NCBI GenBank assembly: GCA_020184695.1 | Contig: JAANOX010000004.1 | Location: 124,001-188,000 of the forward strand | Length of the DNA: 64,000 nucleotides | Source: Histomonas meleagridis 2922-C6/04-290x | Taxonomy: Eukaryota > Protista > Parabasalia | Direction of reading: 5' to 3' | In this document: one piece after another, positions 42,975-54,087 of the stretch | Layout of the letters: each line of letters starts with the position of its first letter | Numbering within the stretch: the stretch's first letter is position 1 | Made by a program: the position numbers and the translations under genes | Notes under the pieces: model-generated | What the model was told of the DNA's origin: nothing | Databases searched by the model: none | What the model saw: the letters and a program-made list of their open reading frames with translations, nothing else

Positions 42975-45161
42975 ATGTTTATCTTTATTCCTCTTTGTGT
43001 TACATTAGAAATATTAGAAGAAGTAGAAAAAAGAACAACATTAGAAACATGTAAAAATTATCATTCGAAATTTGTTCCAATATCTTTACCTCCATTTTGG
43101 AAAGGAAATATTAATGATGAATGTGACCCAGGTGAAGCTATCAATGAACAAGATTTTCTTTATGCAGAAAATCGTATTAATTTTTATCGTTGGGTTCTTG
43201 GTTTAAAAGGACTTCGAGAAAATCGTAATTATCGGAAATATTCACAAGAAGCATGTGCAATTTTATCAAAAGTTGATAGACTTACACATTACTATAATCA
43301 AGGGAATAAATGTTGGACAATAGGTGGGGAAAAAGCATTAGAAAATTCAAATATATTTGAACTTAAGCCATATGTTGCATCAATTACTAAATCTATACCA
43401 GAATATATGGAAGATAGGGGAATAAAATCATTAGGACATAGAAGAGCTATTATTTCACCATTACTTAAATTTTGGAGTGGAGGAGTTAAAGGATCATATT
43501 CTAATCTTTATATTAAAGGAATGAAAACATTTGATAAAAATGATTTATATATAAAAAATGTAAAATTTGTCGCATATCCAATTGGTATTATTCCTATTGA
43601 TCTTTGTTATTCACGTTGGAGTATATCACATATTATAAATATTCCTAAGAAATATGAAATAATTGATGGTATTGAATATTATTATGATTCTATATATCAA
43701 CGATTAACACCAAATTCATATCAAGTTAATGCAATGAATTCTAAAGGAGAAAATATTATTAAAAGTATTTCACATGAACGAGAATATTATGGTGGATCAG
43801 AAGCTATTATAATTGACGTTCAAGAAGACAAGATTAAAGTTGGTGAATATTATATTGTTCATATTGAAAGTCGAATTGATGGATTTAATTTTTCATATAG
43901 TGTTCGACCTGTTAATTGTAATAATTTGCGTGAAGGTTATATTGAATATTCAGAAGGATTAAAGAACATCTTATTGAACCCGAATAAATTAGAACAAATA
44001 ACTGAAGGGACTAATTCCGAACAAGAAAAAAGAAAGGAAGAACAAAGAAGAGAAGAACAAAGAAAAAAGGAAGAACAAAGAATAGAAGAACAAAAAAGAA
44101 GAGAAGAACAAAGAAGAATAGAAGAACAAAAAAGAAGACAAGAGCAAAGAAGAAAGGAAGAACAAAAAAGAATAGAAGAACAAAAAAGAAAGGAAGAACA
44201 AAAAAGAATAGAAAAACAAAGAAGAGAAGAACAAAAAAGAAAGGAAGAACAAAAAAGAATAGAAGAACAAAAAAGAATAGAAGAACAAAAAAGAATAGAA
44301 GAGCAAAAAAGAATCGAAGAACAAAGAAGAGAAGAACAAAAAAGAATAGAAGAGCAAAAAAGAATAGAAGAACAAAAAAGAATCGAAGAACAAAGAAGAG
44401 AAGAACAAAAAAGAATAGAAGAACAAAAAAGAATAGAAGAACAAAAAAGAATAGAAGAACAAAAAAGAATAGAAGAACAAAAAAGAATAGAAGAACAAAA
44501 AAGAATAGAAGAACAAAAAAGAATAGAAGAACAAAGAAGAGAAGAACAAAAAAGAATAGAAGAACAAAAAAGAAGAGAAGAGCAAAAAAGAATCGAAGAA
44601 CAAAGAAGAGAAGAACAAAAAAGAATAGAAGAGCAAAAAAGAATAGAAGAACAAAAAAGAATAGAAGAACAAAAAAGAATAGAAGAACAAAAAAGAATAG
44701 AAGAACAAAAAAGAATAGAAGAACAAAAAAGAATAGAAGAACAAAAAAGAATAGAAGAACAAAAAAGAATAGAAGAACAAAAAAGAATAGAAGAACAAAA
44801 AAGAATAGAAGAACAAAAAAGAATCGAAGAACAAAAAAGAATCGAAGAACAAAGAAGAATAGAAGAACAAAAAAGAATAGAAGAACAAAAAAGAAGGGAA
44901 CAAGAACCAAGGAAAGAAAAAACTCAGAAAATAGAAAAAGAACAAAAACAAGAACCTAATTCAAGAATGGAAGCATATCTGAAAAATGAAACAAGATCAC
45001 ATCCAAAACCAAAATTAAACAAAGGAAAAGAAAGTATTATCACAGGATGTATAATAGCAGTATTTACTGTCTTAATCATTATTTCTCTATTTGGTTTAAT
45101 TATATATAAGAAAAGAACAAAAAATAACAACATAACTGAGACATTTTCACTTGCAATATAA
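42975..45161 (+). CDS. CAP/SCP-domain type I membrane protein, long form with EEQKRI repeat stalk
   Basis: 728-aa ORF; same CAP domain as 38589..39747, ~290-aa E/R/K repeat, TM IITGCIIAVFTVLIIISLFGLIIY. Confidence 0.85.
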   Translation: MFIFIPLCVTLEILEEVEKRTTLETCKNYHSKFVPISLPPFWKGNINDECDPGEAINEQDFLYAENRINFYRWVLGLKGLRENRNYRKYSQEACAILSKVDRLTHYYNQGNKCWTIGGEKALENSNIFELKPYVASITKSIPEYMEDRGIKSLGHRRAIISPLLKFWSGGVKGSYSNLYIKGMKTFDKNDLYIKNVKFVAYPIGIIPIDLCYSRWSISHIINIPKKYEIIDGIEYYYDSIYQRLTPNSYQVNAMNSKGENIIKSISHEREYYGGSEAIIIDVQEDKIKVGEYYIVHIESRIDGFNFSYSVRPVNCNNLREGYIEYSEGLKNILLNPNKLEQITEGTNSEQEKRKEEQRREEQRKKEEQRIEEQKRREEQRRIEEQKRRQEQRRKEEQKRIEEQKRKEEQKRIEKQRREEQKRKEEQKRIEEQKRIEEQKRIEEQKRIEEQRREEQKRIEEQKRIEEQKRIEEQRREEQKRIEEQKRIEEQKRIEEQKRIEEQKRIEEQKRIEEQKRIEEQRREEQKRIEEQKRREEQKRIEEQRREEQKRIEEQKRIEEQKRIEEQKRIEEQKRIEEQKRIEEQKRIEEQKRIEEQKRIEEQKRIEEQKRIEEQKRIEEQKRIEEQRRIEEQKRIEEQKRREQEPRKEKTQKIEKEQKQEPNSRMEAYLKNETRSHPKPKLNKGKESIITGCIIAVFTVLIIISLFGLIIYKKRTKNNNITETFSLAI
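44030..44905 (+). repeat. Coding minisatellite, 18-nt unit GAAGAACAAAAAAGAATA (EEQKRI) with 15-nt EEQRR variants
   Basis: About 50 in-frame units seen directly. Confidence 0.95.
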
Positions 45162-45261
45162 TTAGAATATCCACAACCAAATAAAATTTTTGGTTTCTTT
45201 GAATTATTTTTTCATTAATTTTTTATCAATTATTTAACTAAAAATTGTTTTATGTAATTTC

Positions 45262-48200
45262 CTAAAAATAAAACTTCACAAATTAATATATATTTATATA
45301 TTTATTAAATAATAAAAACAAATTACAAACATTAATCTGGTGCATAATAAACAAATGGATTATTGCGTCGGTTTGGTCTTCTTCTTTGTTTTTTATTTCC
45401 GTTATTTCCATTATTCGCATTGTTCGTTTCATTCGTTTTATTTTTTTTGTTTTCATTTTGTTGTTCTTTTTTATCATTTTTTTCAATAGTAATTTTATTA
45501 TTTTGTTCTTTATTCGGCTTTTCCACTTTAACTTTATTATTGTTATTGTTATTATTATTGTTTTTGTTGTTATTTTGTTTTCTATTTGGCTTTTCAACTT
45601 TAACTTTACTTTTGTTGTTTTTGTTATTTTTAGTATTTTTAGTATTTTTGGTATTTTTGTTATCATTTTGTTCATTTTCAAGTAAATCTTCGATTTTGAA
45701 ATCAAGTAAATCATTTTCTTCTTTATTTTGCTTATTATTCTTTGTCGTGTTTAAAATTACTGATTTCTTGTTGTTATTGTTATTATTGTTACTTTGATTT
45801 TTGATTTTCTTTCATTTTCGTTTTTAATAATACTTTTTGTTAACTGAATACATTTGATCAATTCCAATATATGAATCATTAAATATATATAAATAACTGT
45901 TTTCTTCAATTATTTCTTTACTTTGAAGTGTTAAAAATATATTTTTTTCTTTCGCTTGAATTCGTTGAAATGCATAAAATTTTATTATTATTAGGATTAC
46001 CTATAAATATATAAAGATTTTGTTGTTGATATTTAATGTTATTATTATTATAATTATTACTATTATTAATCGTATAAATTGTATTTCCAATTTCGCCTGA
46101 AATTAATCGTAATCGTAAATAAAATTTATTTTTATTTTCTGTTAATTCACGTGAATTGACTGAATAAATTAATATTTTTATTCTTTATATGATTGAAATA
46201 TGTATGAATTTTCTTATTGAATATTAATTCATGAATAGTTCGAATGTTTCCTTTCGATTCTTTCATTAAAAATTGTAATGGATTTTTGATCCCACCAAAT
46301 TCCTTGTGAATTCATTTGTTTAATTAATATAATCTTAATAATACCTTGAAGATTACTTTCTGTGCGCATAATTTCAATTAAAAAAATCAATGATTTTTCA
46401 TTAAATATTTTTGTATAATTTTTAAATCTTCTTTAAATTCTTGTGTTGGTAATGTCTTTTGACTTAAATAATATTCAATAATATAAAATACTTTGGTACT
46501 AATTAAATATGTCGGATCATTAATAATAAATCGTGGTTTCATATGTTGTAATATATCTTCTTCTAAATGACGAAGTTGAATACGTTCAAATTCTTTACTT
46601 TTACATAAAATTAATAATAAATTAGGAATATCAAATTCACTAATTTCTTGTAAATTATGTATAATATTTCGAACTGTTAAATGTGAAATATTATAATAAC
46701 TAGAAATTTTTACAATAATTAGTGGATTCAATTTCTTTATTTTCATTAATTTTTATAACATTGACTAAGTTTTTAATTCTTCTAATATTTCTTTAATAAT
46801 ATTTTGAAGTGTTTTATTATTATAATAAAGTGGATTCTTATAAAGTCGAAGTGAAAAATATGTATTTGAAATATATTTATAAATATCTTTCTCATTTCGA
46901 ATTGTATTATTAGAAATTTCATTTTTAATATATTCACTTAAATGATTTAATAATGTCGATTCAACTGGAAATGATTCATTAATAAATGTTTTAAGAAATT
47001 CTAATCGTGTTTCTTCACATAAGATCATAACTGAACTTTGTGTATCATATCCATAACGTCCTGATTTACGAATCATTTGTTGAAGTTCGGAAAGTTCATA
47101 TGTTTTATAAATACCATATTCTTTATCATAATATTCTGTACCTTTAATAATAACAAAATGTGCTGAAATATTTAATGTAAATGAATAATTAGCGGTACAA
47201 ATTAAATAAATTTATTTTTATGTTTTTAAATAATTCTTTAATAATTTCTTTATCTTTCTTAGTTAAATCTTTATGATAAATACCAATACCAAATGTTAAA
47301 AAATATGATAATTTCTTGTTATCAATTCTTTTAGAAATTTGAATTAATTCTTCTGTAGTATTTAAAAATTGTATAGAATTATGATGTGATGATATTAAAT
47401 CAATAGCTGTAATTATAGTTTGTTTCTTAGATGGTACAAAAATAAGTGTGGATTTACCTTTAGAATATTGTAAAATAGAATCAATTAATGGTTTATTCAT
47501 AGCTGCCATACGTGAATAATATTGACGACCTGGAAAACCTTGAATAAAAACCATTAATGGAATAATTCGTGTAGAATTATTAAAATTATAAATATTTCGT
47601 TTAGAAATTCGTAAATATTGTCCAATATCATTAACATTACTTAATGGTGTAGATAAACCAATAATTCGAATTCGTTCATTAATAATATTTCGAATACGAT
47701 AAATAATATTTTCATAAATATGTCCATTTTTATTACCAATTAATTCAAGTTCATCAAGGATAATTAATGAAATATTAGTTTTAATATGTTTATTAGTTAA
47801 ATAATATGAAAATGAATCCCATTTTTTGGCTGTACTAAATATTATACGTGATTTTTCATAATTTTTAAGATCTTTTTGATAATTACCTTCAAGTTCATAA
47901 GTTAAATTTTTATAACGTTTCTTAAAATCTTCAATATATTCATGATATATCTCATGAAATGATATAATATAAATAATTTTTGAGGTTTCACTTTCTTCTA
48001 ATACTTTACAAATACCTAATTCTCCAATAATACTTTTCCCTGTTTTACTTGGTGAACATAATAAAAGTGATTCATTACTATGATATGTTTGATAAAATAA
48101 TTGCGTTTGAATTAAATTAAATTCTTTAATCGAAAATCGTTTTCGTGTTTCTTCATTTTCAATAATTGTAATTGGAAGTTTCTTTAATTTAGGTGAAAGT

Positions 48201-51200
48201 TTCGTATAATAAATTTCATCAATTTTATGTTTTTCTTCATAATCTTCAATACGTAGAATATATGAATCTTCAACTCCTAAATATTTAATAGATGTAATAG
48301 TAATTAAATATTCTTGTGTATTCGGATTTGGAACATATGTTTTTAATATTTAATCCGACTTTAGATATTCGTTTGTTAATATTAATTTCTTTTGAATAAT
48401 AAATTTTACTTCCATCTGGTTCTTCAATAAATAACCAAAATAATTCATTATCTTGAAATTGTGAATTTTCCCATTCAAATGGAAATCGAAGTTCAATATT
48501 AATTAAATTAATGTTTTCTTTAATAGGTTGATATTCACTATAAACTTCAACTATAGGAAAATGTTGGATTGCTTTATATATAATTTCAGTATTAATATCA
48601 TTCCGTAATAATTGTTTTAATTCGTTAAATTCGATTTCTTTAAGTTCTTTAATATTATTACTAATGTTTTCTAATTTATGAAGTGTAGGTAAATATTCTT
48701 TCTTGGTTAAAAATTGTTTTAATGGATGTTCATGTTTCTCTTGACACCACCAAAGTTGATGTTCAACCATTTTACATAAATTTAATGAAAATTTACTTAA
48801 ATAACTCCATCCACGTTCAAGTGTTAATTCAAAAATTGCATCAAAAATTCGTTCTAAATTATCTGATAACCATGTTTGATCTAATGTTAATGATGTAGTC
48901 TTAAATTTATATCGTGAAATATATGATTGAAATAAAATATTAACTTTCCCTGAAAGTTCATCAAATGGTGTTAATAATGGAATTAATGGTTGATAATGTT
49001 CTAATTCATAAACTTCTGATCTACGAACTAAAAGTGATTGAAAAATTCCTGATGAAAAAATACAATCTAAAAGTTCTTCTTCACTCATATTAATATGAAG
49101 TTTTTCATTAAAATAACAAATAGATGTAAATGGAATATAATGTAATGATGCAATTTGTCCTAAATATGTAGGATGTAATGATTCTGTAGCTAATGATGAA
49201 TGAATCATATAATTATCTGTAAGTTCATTAATACAATAATTTAAGATTTCAGTATAATGCGTTTCATCTGGATCAAGTTGATACATAAATGTATAATGTA
49301 ACCATTTAAGTGCATCTTGTTTACTAGTAACGGTACCTAATGAAATTTCAGCATTTAAAAAATCTTCTAAACGTGTATGAAAATTAGATTTAATCGATTC
49401 TGCATTAATTAATGTAGTAGTATAACGTTGAAGAACTTTGTTCGTAGAAATTAAGATCCCATGACCATCTTTATCAAATTGTGGTCGACCTGCACGTCCA
49501 AACATTTGATGAACATCTAAAATTCCAATGTTTTCATATCCACCATATTCTTGATTATAAATTTTTAGTATCTTTAATGATAACTGTATGCGCTGGTAAA
49601 TTAACTCCCCATGCTAATGTGGCAGTACATATTAATATTGAAAATGAATTATTTCGAAATGAATTCTCAATAAAGATTCGTTCATTTCGTGGTAATCCTG
49701 CATGATGAATCCCAACTCCTTTACTTAATATTTCTTTAACTTGCCCTTGAATATTTTTATGTTTAAGTTCTTTATTAAATACTGAATTAATAGGAATATC
49801 AAGATATTTAATAATTAATTCTGCAAATTTAATGGTTTCATTACGTGTATGAACAAATACTAAGACTTGTTTCTTTTTCTGTTATAATTCGTCGTAAAAG
49901 TTGTATCGCTATACAATCAATTTGTACTGTGTCTTTCTCGCGACCTGGTTTATAAAGTTCTTCATAAATTAATTTCTCTGATTTTGGTGTTAAATTGGTA
50001 TTTTTGGCTCCAATTAATGTCATAGCAAGTGGAACTGGGCGAAATTCTGGGCCAAAGATATATAAACCATTTTTATTAACATGTAAAAAATTAGCAACAT
50101 CTTGATAATTAGGAAGTGTGGCTGATAAACCAATAATTCGAATGATTTTTTGCGTTTGTTCAACTTGGCGTAATGTTCGTGCTACAAGTGCTTCAATAAC
50201 TGGTCCACGTTCATCTTGAAGTAAATGAATTTCATCAATAATTAATAATTTAATACGCATAGATAATGTCCCTTCGCCACTACGTCGTGTAGCAACATCC
50301 CATTTCTCTGGAGTAGCAACAAGAATTTGCGTACGCTCTAATTCAAAACTTGACATATGTGTATCACCTGTATATTCTTTAACATTAATTTTAAGATGTT
50401 GTAATGATGTAGAAAGTTTATGTGTAATTTCAGTAGCTAACGCTTTCATAGGTGTAAGATATACAATTAAAAAAAATTTGGAATTATTAGAAATGGTTGG
50501 CAATGAATGTTTATGTTCGATTAAATGTTTCTTGATCTCATTAATAATACAAAGTAACGCGACATCATTTTTACCACTTCCTGTCGGCGCACAAATTAAT
50601 AAATTCTCATTACTTTGTGTGGATTTATAAACAATGCTTTGAATATCATTTAATGTTTCACACCCTAAAAAACATTTACGACTCCATACTGGTAATTCTT
50701 GAATAGGAATATGTGAAATATTTGGTCGCTGTAATTTGGTCGCTTCAACTGTATACCAAGTGCCATTAACTGTCTCACTATGAATATAACGTGACTTTTC
50801 TGATAATGGTGAATGATATTTGTTCTCTTTTTCTTTTTCTTCTTCTTGTTCTTGTTTTCGTTGTTCATCTTCTTTTTCTTTCTTCATTTTCTTCAGTTTG
50901 GTGTTTTAACGAATATACAATATTTTCACGATATTTTAATAATCTTTCAATAACATGAAATGATTTTTCTCCTAAAAGTTCATAAATTGGATATCGTAAT
51001 GTTTCCTTACGTTCGCTCGAAAATTAAAAAGTTCCTTCAATTTTTTTTTTTTTTTTTTTTCAACTTCTTCTTTGCTAATACAACTTGAAATAACATTAGA
51101 TAACCATGTTTCAATGTTAGAATTTTTCCAGGGAACTGAACTCATGTTGAAGATTTTTAGGTAGAAAAGTGACACAACTCGAACATAGATGTAAATCATT

Positions 51201-51206
51201 CAAATA
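45262..51206 (-). repeat. Right arm of inverted duplication (helicase segment)
   Basis: Reverse complement of 32537..38464. Confidence 0.95.
45332..51145 (-). CDS. ASCC3: ASCC3/Slh1-like helicase copy 2 (many homopolymer frameshifts; pseudogene or consensus errors)
   Basis: ORF fragments 50972-51199, 49841-50887, 48285-49505, 47189-47554, 46765-47076, 46387-46746 and 45332-45526 match copy 1 almost residue for residue. Confidence 0.7.
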
Positions 51207-51352
51207 ATTTATAGTCAAATTTTTTCTCTTTGTTTTTCCCTTAGCAATAATAATTTATTTTTTAATGTAACATAATTCAAATTGTATTACTTTTAATCCA
51301 CAAACAAAAAATTTATCACTCAAACATAAACAAATTCAAACATTTAATCAAA

Positions 51353-52378
51353 CTAACAATTATTTTCTTGCATTTGGATCCGCATTTCCTTTTGTCTTAT
51401 CATAATTTTATACAATTGATATCGAAAACATCTTCTTAATTTCGGCGATGAAGCGAGCATTGCGTCATTTTCCACAAGCGCATTTACATCATCCACTGTT
51501 ACCAAAGGAGACTGTTCTCTATGTAATGTCATTTCGTCCAATCTCATCAAATTTGGCGTTTGTCCTTCTTCGTTTTCTTCCACGAGAGATATTATCGATT
51601 CTCGATTTCTCTCTGGCGCTTTAGATGCAATTCCTTCAAGTGCCTCATTACGAAGTTCATGAATTGCGATGTCTTCATTCTTTACTAAATTTGTTGGAAA
51701 TTTATTTCGTTCGAGAATGATACGTTCGGCTTCAAGTAGTGAAAATCGAGCTCGAGGTACATCAACAATTTGTCGTTCTGGTGGAAATAATTGACATTGC
51801 CGTTGTTTGGAATACCAAACAACTTCTTTTGTTACATATGTCATTCGTATTTTAAGAGCTGTAGCTAATTGCATTATTGCTCCATCAGTAAATCGAAGTG
51901 CTACACCATTAAATTTGCTAATAAATTGGCGTTGTAAAGATTTTTGTCTGTCTATAAATGAATGGCTTAGTTTACAATTATTTATATGATGTTCAATTGG
52001 AAGTGATCGGATTATTACATCAGCTTTGGGTGGCGGTGCTTTTGGTGGCTTAGGTAGTTGTTGAGCTTGCTGTGGTGGGGTAAATTGAACATTGGGTTGA
52101 TTAATTAAGTGTCCGGGTTGTTTCTGTTGAGGATGAATTTGTTGATTCATTAATTGAGGATTTGAATAATGTCCCATGTAGCCAGGATATTGTGGTGGAG
52201 GTCCACCTTGTTGATAACCTGGTGGAATTGTTGGCATTAACATTGGATTTTGTTGTCCCATTGGAACTGGATTCATTGGGATAGGTTGTTGAGGGCCAAT
52301 TCTTGGTTGATAATTCGGTGCTTTTTCTCCATAATTCGGTGGGAGACCATTGTTATTCATATTTCCATGCGTTTGCAT
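51353..52378 (-). CDS. TAF4: TAF4-like protein (Q/P-rich N-terminus, histone fold, conserved C-terminal domain)
   Basis: ATG 52378; FTDGAIMQLATALKIRMTYVTKEVVWYSKQR (histone-fold-like), RNEALEGIA, LVTVDDVNALVEND (CCTD-like). Confidence 0.6.
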   Translation of the reverse strand: MQTHGNMNNNGLPPNYGEKAPNYQPRIGPQQPIPMNPVPMGQQNPMLMPTIPPGYQQGGPPPQYPGYMGHYSNPQLMNQQIHPQQKQPGHLINQPNVQFTPPQQAQQLPKPPKAPPPKADVIIRSLPIEHHINNCKLSHSFIDRQKSLQRQFISKFNGVALRFTDGAIMQLATALKIRMTYVTKEVVWYSKQRQCQLFPPERQIVDVPRARFSLLEAERIILERNKFPTNLVKNEDIAIHELRNEALEGIASKAPERNRESIISLVEENEEGQTPNLMRLDEMTLHREQSPLVTVDDVNALVENDAMLASSPKLRRCFRYQLYKIMIRQKEMRIQMQENNC

Positions 52379-52437
52379 GTTTTTTGCCGATACAAGCCGC
52401 AAATAATAACGGTTTTGACCATGTGAAGAAAAGCTGC

Positions 52438-53892
52438 ATGAACCAAAAAAAAGCTGAAGAAGAAGTAAAAAAAATTTGTAATTCATTCATCCAAAAATTT
52501 AAATATAATGACCAAGTGCAACCTCATGGGATAACATATGAAGAACTTCTTCAATCCACTTCTTTTATAGAATCTTTCCCATTGACCTTTTCATTGGCCG
52601 CCGGTATTGGTATTAATAAGTCTCTTTCTTCTTCATTTGAAAGCTTTGCTCTTTATTCACAAAAAAATAAAGATTCATCAATCTTTCGTAAATGTCTTTT
52701 TCCACTTTTTTGTATGATAATAATAGAATACAAGAAAAATGGTAAAGAACACGAGTGTGATGAATTTATTCAAGATTGTCTTCATCTTATTCCGGATGAT
52801 AATAAAGATGAAATAAATAAATTCTTAAATGATGAAGCTTATTACAAAGAACTATCATCTCTTTTCGAAACGCATCATTACATTATCCCTGCCACCGAAG
52901 ATGAAGCTGATATGCTTAATCAATATTTACATCAACCATTAAATTCCAAACTCCTTAATATTATTACCGAGACTGTCATTCTTATACCAATATATGAAGA
53001 AGTTCCATCACATCCTATACATCCCAAATTCAATCTTGAGACACCATTTTCATCGATGAACATTGTTAAATCACGAATTCCTTCAGCACGTTTTGTATTT
53101 TCTCCACCTAATTACTCATCTGTTTTTTCATGTCTTATTGACAGTAGCATTGTACAAATTCATACCGACACAGAAAAAGTTACGAAATTATATTATCATT
53201 CATCCGAAGTCACAACAATGTCAATATCAAACAAAAACACAATTCTTCTTACGTCAGATATCATAGGCACAATTAAGTTATGGAGTTCAAATGCTCTTGT
53301 TACTGTTCCTCCAATACATTCACCTTCTTGGTGTTCCTCATTTGCTCCTCAAGGAGGAATTTTTTGTATTGGTTCTGATGATGGAATTGTTCGCTTATAT
53401 GACACTCCACATCAAAAGCTTCGACGCGTTTTAGTTGGTCATAGCGAACCTGTTCTTGCTGTAGGATTTCATCCGAATTGTTCTTTGGTGGCATCTACAT
53501 CAAGAGATTTGACAACAAGAATTTGGGACCTCAGAGAAGCAGAAAGTGTTCGTTTATTCATTTGCGAAAATAAAGTGAATAATTATGTTTTGGCATTATC
53601 AAGTGACGGCCAATATTTGGCTGTTTGGGATCAAAAACTTTATGTTAATGACATAGGAAGTGGGAAAACTTTGTTTTCAGTTCAAACTTATACAAACCAT
53701 ATTGTAAATATGAAGTTTTCAATGGATTCAAGATATATATATATGATGTCATTAGATGGAAGATTACTTTGTTGTAATGTGATCGGTGATTCACATGCAA
53801 TATTCCAAATATTTGATGTGGGTGAAAAGACAATCGCTTGTGAATTCCTCAAATCAAATGAGGTTCATGTTTTTACATCATCAGATTTTTAA
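52438..53892 (+). CDS. Second TAF5-like WD40 protein
   Basis: ATG 52438; NTD2-like FRKCLFPLFCMII; WCSSFAPQGGIFCIGSDD and LVGHSEPVLAVGFHPNCSLVASTSRDLTTRIWD. Confidence 0.68.
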   Translation: MNQKKAEEEVKKICNSFIQKFKYNDQVQPHGITYEELLQSTSFIESFPLTFSLAAGIGINKSLSSSFESFALYSQKNKDSSIFRKCLFPLFCMIIIEYKKNGKEHECDEFIQDCLHLIPDDNKDEINKFLNDEAYYKELSSLFETHHYIIPATEDEADMLNQYLHQPLNSKLLNIITETVILIPIYEEVPSHPIHPKFNLETPFSSMNIVKSRIPSARFVFSPPNYSSVFSCLIDSSIVQIHTDTEKVTKLYYHSSEVTTMSISNKNTILLTSDIIGTIKLWSSNALVTVPPIHSPSWCSSFAPQGGIFCIGSDDGIVRLYDTPHQKLRRVLVGHSEPVLAVGFHPNCSLVASTSRDLTTRIWDLREAESVRLFICENKVNNYVLALSSDGQYLAVWDQKLYVNDIGSGKTLFSVQTYTNHIVNMKFSMDSRYIYMMSLDGRLLCCNVIGDSHAIFQIFDVGEKTIACEFLKSNEVHVFTSSDF

Positions 53893-54087
53893 TATATTTT
53901 TTTTTTTTCTATCATTATAAAATGGATTATAAACCAATTTTTTTTTTTGATCGCTAAATTGTTTTGGTTCTTAAATTGAATGAGCTATAGAAAAATTATC
54001 CACAAAAATTTTCATTATCGGAGATAAAGTGTTCAAAAATTGAAAGAGTTAAGATCGTCGTTAAAAAGTGTCAGGAACCACCATTGA

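Noticed and set aside
43989-44951. Long antisense ORFs (F/L/V-rich) over the EEQKRI repeat, and similar shadow ORFs over 28192-29982 and 37929-38363
   Set aside because: Stop-free by-products of low-complexity repeats on the opposite strand or in other frames.
52379-52486. Apparent overlap of the TAF4-like and TAF5-like ORFs in the ORF track
   Set aside because: The overlap comes from upstream in-frame extensions; the plausible ATGs (52378 and 52438) do not overlap.
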